This document shows positions 7,212 through 16,193 of a stretch of 32,000 nucleotides of DNA, in pieces. A program made the position numbers and the translations under genes. The notes below the pieces were generated by a model. The model made no database searches. It saw nothing but the letters and a program-made list of their open reading frames with translations, and was not told the origin of the DNA. Position 1 is the stretch's first letter, and every line of letters begins with the position of its first letter. This DNA comes from Candidatus Saccharimonadota bacterium (GTDB lineage: Bacteria; Patescibacteriota; Microgenomatia; UBA1406; GWC2-37-13): the NCBI GenBank assembly GCA_001790095.1, contig MGBH01000001.1:30001-62000 (forward strand), in the 5' to 3' direction.

Positions 7212-8681
7212 TCATTTGAAGTCCTGTCCTATGATGATTATGACATCTGCCGCTTCATCATCATCAAGATCGCTTATCTTTAGTTCTTGGACATAGTCCT
7301 TAAGATCGTTTTGGACATACTGAGATGCTTCTTTTTTGTCTTTTTTTACCTGGATTTCAGTGGTTTTGTAGTCAAAACTATCGGCATTCCCTGTTACGAT
7401 TTCAAGATACTTCTTCTCAGTCAGGATGTCCTTCACGACCGATGCCTTGCCTCTTGTACCAGAACCGTTTAGGACCTTTATCTTAATTTCTTCCCGAGAA
7501 AAGGTTGGGGTTGGTGATGGGGTGGGAGGTAGGGGTGAAGGTGAGACCTGTACTACTTTTTTCGATTTCGGCAGACTTGGAAAGGCAATACGAATATTTG
7601 ATTTACTCATAAGTGAAAATAAGCCAAAAGAAAGAATGAATGAAGCGATAAAGAGAAGAAGCTCTTTCGGTATTGCAATCGATGGTAAGGGAGAGAAAGC
7701 AAATTTTGGTTTTGATTTGACGGTCTGGGCGGCAAAAATATTAGTAATGAATTTGCGCTTAAGAGGTGAAAAGCTTTTATTTTCAATTGAGAAAACAAAT
7801 GCTCCAAAACACATATCAAAATCAAGGATTGATAAGGGTTGATTGGTTGGACTTACAAGCATTTTTACGTATTCTTGATAAAACTGGGAAATGATGCGCT
7901 TTAATGGATTGGTCCAAATTCCAACCTCTTTGGTAAAGGTATCTTGACGGACGAGATCTGAATTTGTTCCTGAAAGAATAAGTCTATTAATTTTTTTCTT
8001 CTTTTTTTCAAGGTCAAGACCCCGTTGTTTTAAGACATGTGTTACATTTTTTCCATTTGTAAGTTTGTGTGCGTCTTTTCCCTCTTCAAGCAGCCCAAAC
8101 GAATCATATAAATAGGTATATAGAGACTCTTTGTCATATTTGCCGTAGAGAATATTTTCAATCTTCCCTTTTCTTAGTGTCTTTTCAAACAACTTGAAAA
8201 AGGAAAGTGTTTCTGGAAGAAGAGTGAAAAGCTCCAAATCAAGAAGTTTTAACATCTCTTGGTATTTTGATACAGACTCTACCTCAACTGTAAAAAGGCT
8301 GACACATTTTTGTAATCCGTTTTCTATGAAGAAATAATCATAAAACAAATCTCCCGAATCTTGAGGTAGGCTCATTTTAATCTTATCTTTGATATATGAA
8401 TCAATAGCAGCTGGTGCTATGTCATTTGGTACCTCAAATCGTAAAAAGTGAAATGTGTCTTGAGGAAGTATGAGAAATACATGCTTATCTTTGACCGAGG
8501 GCGTATTTTGGAGAATCTCCTTGACCGCTGAAGCAAGAACGTCAATATTTGCAATATTTCCATCTTTCAAAAGGTCGACTTGAAATTTCTTTTCATAAGA
8601 ACCTATTGAGTATTGGCCAAAAAGAGATTTTTTTGCAGTGAGAAGCTTGATTTGGTTCTTATCAATATAAAGATATAACAT
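7212..8681 (-). CDS. bitopic protein: PilM/FtsA-like (actin-fold-like) N-terminal domain, TM helix, Pro-rich linker, C-terminal LytR_C domain
   Basis: The ORF-track start at 8705 is TTG; the first ATG is at 8681 (MLYLYIDKNQIKLL..). The N-terminal ~300 aa follow the PilM pattern (I.LL..K......Y....LP.G.I.DG.I......A..VK..L; FLILPQDTFHFLRFEVP). The TM helix is LLLFIASFILSFGLFSLM and the linker is SPSPLPPTPSPTPT. The C-terminus (IKIKVLNGSGTRGKASVVKDILTEKKY...ADVIIIIGQDF) fits LytR_C. Confidence 0.65.
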   Translation of the reverse strand: MLYLYIDKNQIKLLTAKKSLFGQYSIGSYEKKFQVDLLKDGNIANIDVLASAVKEILQNTPSVKDKHVFLILPQDTFHFLRFEVPNDIAPAAIDSYIKDKIKMSLPQDSGDLFYDYFFIENGLQKCVSLFTVEVESVSKYQEMLKLLDLELFTLLPETLSFFKLFEKTLRKGKIENILYGKYDKESLYTYLYDSFGLLEEGKDAHKLTNGKNVTHVLKQRGLDLEKKKKKINRLILSGTNSDLVRQDTFTKEVGIWTNPLKRIISQFYQEYVKMLVSPTNQPLSILDFDMCFGAFVFSIENKSFSPLKRKFITNIFAAQTVKSKPKFAFSPLPSIAIPKELLLFIASFILSFGLFSLMSKSNIRIAFPSLPKSKKVVQVSPSPLPPTPSPTPTFSREEIKIKVLNGSGTRGKASVVKDILTEKKYLEIVTGNADSFDYKTTEIQVKKDKKEASQYVQNDLKDYVQELKISDLDDDEAADVIIIIGQDFK

Positions 8682-8746
8682 GTCTATCAATAATGATAGA
8701 AGCAATATAGAAAAAATACAAGGGCTTTTTGATACAATTAAGCCAC
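8682..8746. promoter_or_regulatory. divergent intergenic region that must carry the promoters for dnaG-rpoD (+) and the minus-strand envelope/division block
   Basis: This is the only non-coding DNA between the two divergently oriented gene blocks once ATG starts are used (8681 minus strand, 8747 plus strand). It is AT-rich. No hexamers could be assigned with confidence. Confidence 0.3.
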
Positions 8747-10510
8747 ATGAATAATCTAAATGAGGAAATCAAAAAGAAGATTGACATAATTGAATTCATC
8801 GGTTCATATATCGTTTTAAAAAAAGCAGGGCGCAATTTTAAAGGAAACTGTCCCTTTCATCAGGAGAAGACTCCTTCATTTGTGGTTTCCCCAGAAAGGC
8901 AAATTTGGCATTGTTTCGGTAGTTGTGGAGAAGGAGGCGATGTCATTAAGTTTTTAATGAAGTGGGACAATGTTACTTATATTGAAGCGATCAAAGAACT
9001 TGCACTAAAACTGGGGCTCCCCATGGACGATTACCATTTACAGGATACAAACTTCAAATTAAGAGAGCGGATGTATGCGATAAACAGAAGTGCTGCTAAT
9101 TTTTATACATACATGCTTTTTCAGAGTTCTTTTGGGAAAAGGGCTAGGGAGTACTTAGAAAAAAGAGGAGTGCGTAAAGAAATTGCAGACACATTTGAAC
9201 TCGGATATGCTCCTAAGTCCTGGGATTCCCTTACACGATTTATGGAAAAGAGGGGATTTTCTCAAAAAGAACTCATTGACGTGGGGCTTGTACTGCGCAG
9301 CGATAGAGGATCTCTTTATGATAGGTTTAGGGGGCGGCTAATGTTCCCGTTGAAAGATGCGAGAGAAAATATTCTTGGGTTTTCTGGACGCATCATGGAT
9401 AAGGATAAAAAAACGGCAAAGTATGTGAACACACCTGAAACTTTTATCTATCACAAAAGAGAGACTCTCTATGGGATCCATTTGGCAAAAGAGGCGATAA
9501 AAAAGGAAAAAAGTGTCATATTGGTTGAGGGCGAGTTTGATGTAATCTCACCATATCAGCAAGGAATTGGACACATAGTTGCCATAAAAGGATCAGCCGT
9601 TACCAAAGAACAGATGATGTTGATAAAAAGATATACCAATAGGATCTATCTTGCCCTTGATGCGGATCAGGCAGGTGAAGAAGCAATCAAGAGAGGTATT
9701 GAAGAGGCGGAGAGATTAGATTTTGAACTTGGTATAATCCAACTTGATTTTGCGAAAGACCCAGATGAAGCAGTGCGGGCCGATCCAATACGTTTTAAGA
9801 AAGCAGTTCAGTCGCCAATACCTGTTTATGATTATTTGATAGATCATTACCGAAAAAAATATCCTGACAATGATGCATTCAGTAAAAAAAGCATTGGTGA
9901 AGCGGTAATACCTTTTTTTACCCACATAAGTAATCCCATTATTGAGTCTCACTATATTAAAAAACTTGCCTATATTCTTGAAGTAAGCGAAGAAAGTGTT
10001 CGTTCTCTTCTTAGACAGAAAAACAGTAAAAAAATAAGTAGCTCAATAGGTTTTAAAAAGATGAGATCGTCCCAGATTGATAGAAACGACACGGTACAAA
10101 AATACTTTTTAAGTTCTCTTTTGCAGCATGAAGAAAAAGGAACCATCCTTCAAAAAGTTACCCATATGGTTGCACCCGATGATTTTTCTTTTCCAGCCTA
10201 TCAAAAATTGTATATGAAGATATGTGAAAATCAGGAATCGTTTAAAACGATGTCAAACATCAACATATTTGCTTCATCGCTTCCAAACGAACTAAAGACA
10301 TTATTTGATGAACTGTATCTTTATGCTTCTTCAGACGTTGGTATAAGTGAAAGGAATATTGGAAGACTTGCTTATGAGATTAAAGAAAGAGCTTTGAAAA
10401 GGAAGATTCAATCACTTCTAACCTCAGAACAAGGTCAAACAGGAGAGACAGAACTCTCAAAACTAAACTCCGAGCTAAAAGAGCTGGAAAAAAGTGCAAT
10501 CACCATATAG
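8747..10510 (+). CDS. dnaG: DNA primase DnaG
   Basis: CHC2 zinc finger CPFHQEKTPSFVVSPERQIWHCFGSCGEGGDVIKFLM. TOPRIM motifs VILVEGEFDVIS and YLALDADQAGEEA. The ORF-track start at 8729 is TTG; ATG at 8747 (MNNLNEEIKKKIDIIEFI) matches typical DnaG N-termini. Confidence 0.93.
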   Translation: MNNLNEEIKKKIDIIEFIGSYIVLKKAGRNFKGNCPFHQEKTPSFVVSPERQIWHCFGSCGEGGDVIKFLMKWDNVTYIEAIKELALKLGLPMDDYHLQDTNFKLRERMYAINRSAANFYTYMLFQSSFGKRAREYLEKRGVRKEIADTFELGYAPKSWDSLTRFMEKRGFSQKELIDVGLVLRSDRGSLYDRFRGRLMFPLKDARENILGFSGRIMDKDKKTAKYVNTPETFIYHKRETLYGIHLAKEAIKKEKSVILVEGEFDVISPYQQGIGHIVAIKGSAVTKEQMMLIKRYTNRIYLALDADQAGEEAIKRGIEEAERLDFELGIIQLDFAKDPDEAVRADPIRFKKAVQSPIPVYDYLIDHYRKKYPDNDAFSKKSIGEAVIPFFTHISNPIIESHYIKKLAYILEVSEESVRSLLRQKNSKKISSSIGFKKMRSSQIDRNDTVQKYFLSSLLQHEEKGTILQKVTHMVAPDDFSFPAYQKLYMKICENQESFKTMSNINIFASSLPNELKTLFDELYLYASSDVGISERNIGRLAYEIKERALKRKIQSLLTSEQGQTGETELSKLNSELKELEKSAITI

Positions 10511-10519
10511 AATACCAGT

Positions 10520-11611
10520 ATGACAAAACAGAAATTCCCCAAATCGTTTAAAGACCTTCTTGCCCAAGGTGAAGAAGACGGTTTTGTCGTACAGGATGAC
10601 ATCTTCTTGGTATGTTCGGAGCCTGAAAAACATATAGAAGCAATAGATGAATTTTTCAATCTTGCCCTAAAGAAGGGAGTTGATATTTATGAGACTATCT
10701 CAACAAGAGAAGAAGAAGAGGTCCATAAGTCAGCTGAAGAGGTAGAAAAAGAGCTGGAACAGCTGGTCGGAGTTAAGCATGGTGAATCGCTTGATCCCAT
10801 AAAAAAATATCTTAAAGAAATTGGAAAAACACCCCTATTAGTTTTTGAGGATGAGATCAAATTCGCCAAGGCATATGAAAAGGGAGATGAAGACGCAAAA
10901 GAAAGACTTATTAAAGCAAACCTCCGTCTTGTCGTTTCAATAGCAAAAAAATATTTAGGAAGACGCCTCTCTTTCTTAGATCTTATACAAGAGGGAAACA
11001 AGGGATTGATCCGCGGTGTGGAGAAATATAACTGGAGACGTGGTTATAAATTTTCAACATATGCCACGTGGTGGATACGTCAAGCTATCACTCGCGCTAT
11101 AGCCGACCAGTCTAGGACTATTCGAATACCTGTGCATATGGTTGACCAAATAAACCGTTTTTATAAAACCCAACGCAAACTTACGCAAAAACTAGGAAGA
11201 GAGCCTTCAGTAAAAGAAATATCGAAAGAAATGCAGGTCACACCTGGAGAGATAGAGAATCTTATGAAGATCTCACAACAACCCAAATCATTGTCAACTC
11301 CTGTTGGAGACGATAAAGAAGCGACTCTGGAACAATTTGTTAGCGATCAATCTCAGCCTACACTTTACGATAAGGTCTCAAGAGAACTTTTAAAAGAAGC
11401 ACTTAATAAAGTATTGGAAACCCTTTCCCCGAGGGAAAAAAAAGTACTGATTATGCGTTTTGGATTGGATGATGGAAAACCAAAGACATTGGAAGAAGTT
11501 GGAAAAGAGTTCAAGGTCACCAGAGAGCGAATAAGACAGATTGAGGCAAAAGCAATCCGCAAACTTAAACATCCTACACGCGCACGTAAACTCAAGGATT
11601 TTCTTGAATAA
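10520..11611 (+). CDS. rpoD: RNA polymerase primary sigma factor (sigma-70 family, RpoD/SigA)
   Basis: Region 1.2 [16 protein letters not shown]. Region 2 [62 protein letters not shown]. Region 4 [29 protein letters not shown]. It lies 9 nt after dnaG, the conserved dnaG-rpoD order. Confidence 0.95.
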   Translation: MTKQKFPKSFKDLLAQGEEDGFVVQDDIFLVCSEPEKHIEAIDEFFNLALKKGVDIYETISTREEEEVHKSAEEVEKELEQLVGVKHGESLDPIKKYLKEIGKTPLLVFEDEIKFAKAYEKGDEDAKERLIKANLRLVVSIAKKYLGRRLSFLDLIQEGNKGLIRGVEKYNWRRGYKFSTYATWWIRQAITRAIADQSRTIRIPVHMVDQINRFYKTQRKLTQKLGREPSVKEISKEMQVTPGEIENLMKISQQPKSLSTPVGDDKEATLEQFVSDQSQPTLYDKVSRELLKEALNKVLETLSPREKKVLIMRFGLDDGKPKTLEEVGKEFKVTRERIRQIEAKAIRKLKHPTRARKLKDFLE

Positions 11612-11732
11612 TGTGAAGATGGAATATAAGTAATATCTTCAAATAAATCTTGTCACAGCTTACCGAAGTAATCTTTTTGTTGTATAGAAGCAATAGACAA
11701 CTGAACGTAATTAATGTAGTGTATTTTTCAGC

Positions 11733-11951
11733 ATGCAAGGAGATTTTTTTTATCAAAGACTTGGATTGCGTATTGTATTAATTCGAAAAACAAAGGGGAT
11801 GTCTCAAGAAGATTTATCAGGGGGAGCCCATATGGACCGGACATATTTAGCACGTATTGAACAAGGAAGAGTAAATCCCTCGCTTCGCGTGCTTCATAAG
11901 ATCGCTCGAACTCTAAAGGTGACTTTAAGCTTTCTTTTAAATGGAGTATGA
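11733..11951 (+). CDS. XRE-family helix-turn-helix transcriptional regulator
   Basis: 72 aa. LIRKTKGMSQEDLSGGAHMDRTYLARIEQGRVNPSLRVLHKIARTLKVTLSFLL is a textbook HTH_3 (Cro/C1-type) motif. Confidence 0.8.
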   Translation: MQGDFFYQRLGLRIVLIRKTKGMSQEDLSGGAHMDRTYLARIEQGRVNPSLRVLHKIARTLKVTLSFLLNGV

Positions 11952-11990
11952 TGCTTGAATATCGCTTACAAATCGGGTAGAGTAATAACA

Positions 11991-12647
11991 ATGAAAGAGA
12001 AAACATCTCCTACTCAGAAAGCTCTCAATATCTGGGCAATTATTCTTATTCTTTGGAGTATTTACCGAGCTCATTTTAAAACCGACCTGCCCATTTGGTT
12101 TGACGAATTTATCACAAAACCTCTTTTTTTTATTCTTCCCGTTTACTGGTATATTACCAAGGTAGAGGGAAAGCGGTTCTTTCAAGGTATTGATCTTCAT
12201 GTAAAAAGGATTTTACCCGATATTATTTTTGGTATTATCATAGGTAGTATCTTTTTATCTATTGGGTATCTTGGAGCTTCTTCACAATCAAAGGGATCTT
12301 TATTTCAACAACTGTTTACTTTGCAGTTTGTATCGATGTTTGCCGTTGCACTTATGACCAGCGTGAGTGAAGAGATACTATCGCGGGGATTTATTCTCAA
12401 ACGTTTATATGAAGAGTCAAAGAACATATTTAGTTCAATTACCATTTCAAGCATTCTATTCTTTTTTCTTCATATCCCGATGCTTTTTACCAGTGATTCA
12501 CTGGGGGGAGATATTATTCTGAAGGTGATGGTGACGGACCTTATACTAAGTATTGCAGTATCTATCCTTTACCTGCAACGGAAGAATCTTCTTCTTCCTA
12601 TCATAGTTCACGCCCTTTATAGTGTCAGTCTTTCATTTTTTCTCTAA
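11991..12647 (+). CDS. CPBP-family intramembrane glutamic metalloprotease (CAAX protease / Abi family)
   Basis: The three CPBP motifs are present: SEEILSRGF (EExxxR), FFFLHIP (FxxxH) and IIVHALYS (His). The protein is polytopic. The ORF-track start at 11955 is TTG; ATG at 11991 (MKEKTSPTQK) is preferred. Confidence 0.8.
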   Translation: MKEKTSPTQKALNIWAIILILWSIYRAHFKTDLPIWFDEFITKPLFFILPVYWYITKVEGKRFFQGIDLHVKRILPDIIFGIIIGSIFLSIGYLGASSQSKGSLFQQLFTLQFVSMFAVALMTSVSEEILSRGFILKRLYEESKNIFSSITISSILFFFLHIPMLFTSDSLGGDIILKVMVTDLILSIAVSILYLQRKNLLLPIIVHALYSVSLSFFL

Positions 12648-14254
12648 GTACCCTCATATATCTGAAACATCGTTTCGCTGAATACTTGGACAGACTTAAG
12701 TTTATCTGGCTCGATTTTTAACTCTGAAGGCATATTTTTAAAATCATCGATTGATCCAACGATTACTGAATTTTTTTCGACATCTCTTGGCCATTTAAAC
12801 TCAAATATAAACTTGTCAAATTTTTCTACCTGACCAAATCCATATTCATCAGCCGGAGTGAGTGAGGCTTGTTTTTGGTATTCCTTTGGTTGGATCTGTA
12901 GATAAAAAAGCATAAAAATATATGGCATTCCTACATCTTTCGTAATGTAAAAATGGTCGTATTTTGAATAGTTCTCCTTTATATATGTACCAAGTTCTTT
13001 ATATCCGCATTGCCAAGCGTGTATGACCGTTTTTCGTTTTGGGTAATGAAATAGATAAAAATCCCAGTCAAGCGTTTGAAAGAAAAGAAATAAAACCGCA
13101 ATACAAAATATAACAAGCAATCTATATTTATTTTTTGCTTGGCTTAAAAAAGTCACGAAGCCATAAGAACTGGATATATATAAAGGCACAAGGAGGAAAA
13201 CTGTGCGGGTGAGCGATCCTTTTGACCATGCAAGAGATGAAGAAAGGGGAGAAATAAAAAGAAGCAGCAATAAGAACCAACGCCACTTTTCTTTGTTTTT
13301 AAACAAATAGTAAAGTCCAATAAAAACAAACAGGTATTCAAGAGGTGTCATGATAGACATACCTGGATACCCGAAACGGGCATTTTCATCTCCGTTGACA
13401 ACGAGGAACTGAGGAGAAAAATAGGTTAAATGATCAAGAATAATTTCTTTTATTCCTATAAAAAGGGGATTGTACAGATAACGAATCCCTCCCTCTGTCT
13501 TAAGTTCGTCAATCTTCAGACTGAAACCTGCATTGTTTAAAAAAATGAGGTTTTTCAGCCGTTCGGGTTTATACACAAGATCTGTTATCCCAAAAAAACC
13601 AATCACGACAAAAAGCAGCACAAGCAGAAGTGTATTTTTTTGTTTCTGCAATAACATGTACAAGAATATGAACCCGAAAAAGAAAAGAACATAAAGTCTT
13701 CCCGGGTGATAACTGAAAAGAAGAAGTAGGGAAGTTATAAGAAAGAAAAAGAAACGCATTAATGAGGGTTTTTGAAGCGATTTGATAAGAAGATAACATG
13801 CGAGAGTGGTAAGAAATGCGGCCAGATAAGTCTCATGTGCATGACGGCTGACAATATGAAAACCAAGCGAAACACTACTTAATAAAGCAGCGACCAACCC
13901 CACTTTTTTTCCCTTAAACAGCTCAACGCTTAAAAGATATACAACAAAAGGAAAAAGAAATGAAAGCGATATGTTCAAAGCTCTGGTACCACCTTCGTTT
14001 AATCCGAAAATGGCGATAAAAGGAATAGATAAATATGAGTAAAGGGGCATTTTATAATCTCCAAATGATTTTAGTCGAAGTGGAAGCAGTGTGCCATATT
14101 CGTCCCGTCCCGTATTGAGAAGTGAATATGCGTTATATCCGAAAGCCGCTTCATCTGCGTTAAAGCATGGGGGAGTGGGATATTTCTGGAATATGCTAAA
14201 AAAAAGTGAAACAAAAGATATACCAATAAGAATAAGAAGAACTTTTTTATTCAT
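12644..14254 (-). CDS. GT-C glycosyltransferase, PMT/ArnT-like (GT39/GT83-type)
   Basis: 536 aa and polytopic. After TM1 comes FNADEAAFGYNAYSLLNTGRDEYGTLLPLRLKSFGDYKMPLYSYL, the DE-containing first loop typical of the PMT_2/ArnT family. There is a soluble C-terminal domain of about 130 aa. ATGA overlap with the upstream GT2 gene. Confidence 0.8.
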   Translation of the reverse strand: MNKKVLLILIGISFVSLFFSIFQKYPTPPCFNADEAAFGYNAYSLLNTGRDEYGTLLPLRLKSFGDYKMPLYSYLSIPFIAIFGLNEGGTRALNISLSFLFPFVVYLLSVELFKGKKVGLVAALLSSVSLGFHIVSRHAHETYLAAFLTTLACYLLIKSLQKPSLMRFFFFLITSLLLLFSYHPGRLYVLFFFGFIFLYMLLQKQKNTLLLVLLFVVIGFFGITDLVYKPERLKNLIFLNNAGFSLKIDELKTEGGIRYLYNPLFIGIKEIILDHLTYFSPQFLVVNGDENARFGYPGMSIMTPLEYLFVFIGLYYLFKNKEKWRWFLLLLLFISPLSSSLAWSKGSLTRTVFLLVPLYISSSYGFVTFLSQAKNKYRLLVIFCIAVLFLFFQTLDWDFYLFHYPKRKTVIHAWQCGYKELGTYIKENYSKYDHFYITKDVGMPYIFMLFYLQIQPKEYQKQASLTPADEYGFGQVEKFDKFIFEFKWPRDVEKNSVIVGSIDDFKNMPSELKIEPDKLKSVQVFSETMFQIYEGT

Positions 14255-15129
14255 ATAAATTTAGTCAATATTTGCTTATCGCTTAACTGATATTTGGTTT
14301 TTCTTTTGACTATGGCAGGTATTCGCCAGATTGCAGACAACAAACCCCATATAAATGCGTGATCCCTAAATATCATAATAGGTAATTTACTTGCTATATA
14401 AGCTAGATGTGACAATAATAACATTGTATCATCTATGTTTTTCCAGATGAATATAAACTGATTGCGATAAGCGATTTTTTTTATCGTAGAGACAGAAAAA
14501 AATTTTTTTATTGTTGATTCATGATGATGATCTACTATTATGTTCGGATCAAACAATATTTTGAATCCTTTCTTCCACGCCCGGTAGGATAGATCAACAT
14601 CTTCCCAATAAAAAGGCGAAAAAAGTTTGTCAAATCCTCCTATCTCTTCATATTTTTTCTTGTCAATAATGCATGCTCCTCCTTCAGCCCAGCCGTTTAT
14701 GCCAGCGTTTAAGTCCCCAGCTTTCTTATGGTGGAAAAAGCCGTCACGCCAGTAAATGGTATTTTTTCCAACAGTCATATTGTTTTGTTCGCGTTGGGCA
14801 AAGCTTATGGCAAAAAGAGTTTCGTCATCTCTTATCTTTGAAAGAGCTGATAAATACGACGTGTCATGCAGTAAAACATCGCTATTCAAGAGAATGACAT
14901 ATCTATTATTAGTATGTTTTATGCCTACGTCTATAGCACCAGCAAAACCGAGATTTGTTTTGTTTTCAACCAAAACAATATCTCCTTTAGGTAGATCCTC
15001 TTTTAAGCTTGATGATGGATCATCATTTACTATTACTACTTCGCACTGTGTCATCAGGGCTAGGTTCTGGTGAAGATTGTCTATGAGCTGACTTTTATTT
15101 TTAAACGTGGGTATGACAACGGATATCAT
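14251..15129 (-). CDS. glycosyltransferase family 2
   Basis: MISVVIPTFKN..., VVIVNDDPSS, NLGFAGAIDVGI, LLNSDV and GGACIIDKKKYEEIGGFDKLFSPFYWEDVDLSYRAWKKGFKI are GT-A/GT2 hallmarks. The C-terminal tail is hydrophobic. Confidence 0.85.
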   Translation of the reverse strand: MISVVIPTFKNKSQLIDNLHQNLALMTQCEVVIVNDDPSSSLKEDLPKGDIVLVENKTNLGFAGAIDVGIKHTNNRYVILLNSDVLLHDTSYLSALSKIRDDETLFAISFAQREQNNMTVGKNTIYWRDGFFHHKKAGDLNAGINGWAEGGACIIDKKKYEEIGGFDKLFSPFYWEDVDLSYRAWKKGFKILFDPNIIVDHHHESTIKKFFSVSTIKKIAYRNQFIFIWKNIDDTMLLLSHLAYIASKLPIMIFRDHAFIWGLLSAIWRIPAIVKRKTKYQLSDKQILTKFI

Positions 15130-16193
15130 AATAGTATTTTTTCCACCCGGGTTTTAAATAACTCATAACTAAAATGTTTGGAGACAAAATTTTTACCGTT
15201 TTTTTGCATCGTTTTATACTTTTGCTCATCAAAGATAAGTGCGTTTGTTTTTTGGATGACCTCATTTTGAGTATTAAAAAGATATCCATTATGACCTTCC
15301 TTAATAAGCTCCCTAGGTCCGCCTGCATTAAAACAAAAGGGGATGGATCCGGCAGCCATTGCCTCAAGTGGCGTCATCCCAAGATGTTCAACTCTTTCAG
15401 GTTGTTTATTTTCATCTGTGCCGAAGCCTGTAAAATGCCAAAAAAACATGGCTTTTCTATAATGCTCAAGAAGTTTTGTATAAGACAGGTTTGGCTCTAA
15501 AACGATGTTCTTATTATTAAGGGTTATAGTTTTTAAATCATTAAAATATGTTTCATCTTCTTTTTTGAGACCACCAACCAATATAAGTTTGAACTCAGGT
15601 TCTTTTTTCTGAAACTTATTGAATGTATCAACGATAAAGGAGTGTTTTTTTGAGTGAAGGTGTCCAAAAAATCTCCCCACAGAAAGAATAATCCTTTCTT
15701 TTTTACGGCCCAAATCAATACTTAGCAGATCATCACTGACATATGGATATATGATCTGAGATTGAATACTCCATTTAGATAACCATTTATGAGTATAAAA
15801 TGAATTTGAGATAAACTTGGCATTTATCATCTTCATTCGATTCAGGGGGTTTAAAGAATAGAGTTTTTTATTTGGTACCATACAAAAGATGACATTTTTT
15901 TTAGCTGATGAAAAAAAATAACTTCCATCTGTTACATATAAAAGAATGTCATATGTTTTAAGCTCTGATAATTTCTTAAGAAAAGAGGAAGACTGGAATA
16001 TATTTGGTCGAAAATGGAGATCTGTAAAGTTAAGGTTAAGTTTTGTTTTAATTAGTTCTCCCAGATCCTTGTTCCAAAAAACTGATGCTTCAAACCCATT
16101 TTGTTCAATTACTTGAAGGATGGATAGAATATGTTTTTCTCCACCGCCTAATACATCAAGATATGGATCATAAAGTGCGGCTTTTTTTTTCAT
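15126..16193 (-). CDS. glycosyltransferase family 4 (GT-B, retaining type)
   Basis: N-terminus LGGGEKHILSILQVIEQNGFEASVF. C-terminal EX7E motif in VEHLGMTPLEAMAAGSIPFCFNAGGPRELIKEGHNGYLF. Confidence 0.85.
   Translation of the reverse strand: MKKKAALYDPYLDVLGGGEKHILSILQVIEQNGFEASVFWNKDLGELIKTKLNLNFTDLHFRPNIFQSSSFLKKLSELKTYDILLYVTDGSYFFSSAKKNVIFCMVPNKKLYSLNPLNRMKMINAKFISNSFYTHKWLSKWSIQSQIIYPYVSDDLLSIDLGRKKERIILSVGRFFGHLHSKKHSFIVDTFNKFQKKEPEFKLILVGGLKKEDETYFNDLKTITLNNKNIVLEPNLSYTKLLEHYRKAMFFWHFTGFGTDENKQPERVEHLGMTPLEAMAAGSIPFCFNAGGPRELIKEGHNGYLFNTQNEVIQKTNALIFDEQKYKTMQKNGKNFVSKHFSYELFKTRVEKILL

Noticed and set aside
7426-7842. 138-aa plus-strand ORF and a 72-aa minus-strand ORF (7607-7825) inside the PilM-like/LytR_C gene. 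I considered a possible overlapping gene.
   Set aside because: The Gly-rich stretch (GVGDGVGGRGEGE) is simply the complement of the SPSPLPPTPSPTPT linker codons. There is no motif and no independent start context. The 497-aa frame has coherent domain architecture across this region.
11615-11640. Inverted repeat GAAGAT(14 nt)ATCTTC just after the rpoD stop, considered as an intrinsic terminator.
   Set aside because: The stem is only 6 bp and AT-rich, the loop is 14 nt, and no downstream T-tract follows (aaataaatc). This is too weak to call.
11728-12006. 92-aa minus-strand ORF that competes with the 72-aa plus-strand ORF.
   Set aside because: The plus-strand frame encodes an unmistakable HTH_3 motif. 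The minus-strand translation has no recognisable features and would also overlap the CPBP gene start.
15101-15367. 88-aa minus-strand ORF overlapping the 3' part of the GT4 gene and the GT2 start.
   Set aside because: It is out of frame within a gene with clear GT4 motifs. It has no motif of its own, and the flanking genes already account for the junction through an ATGA overlap.
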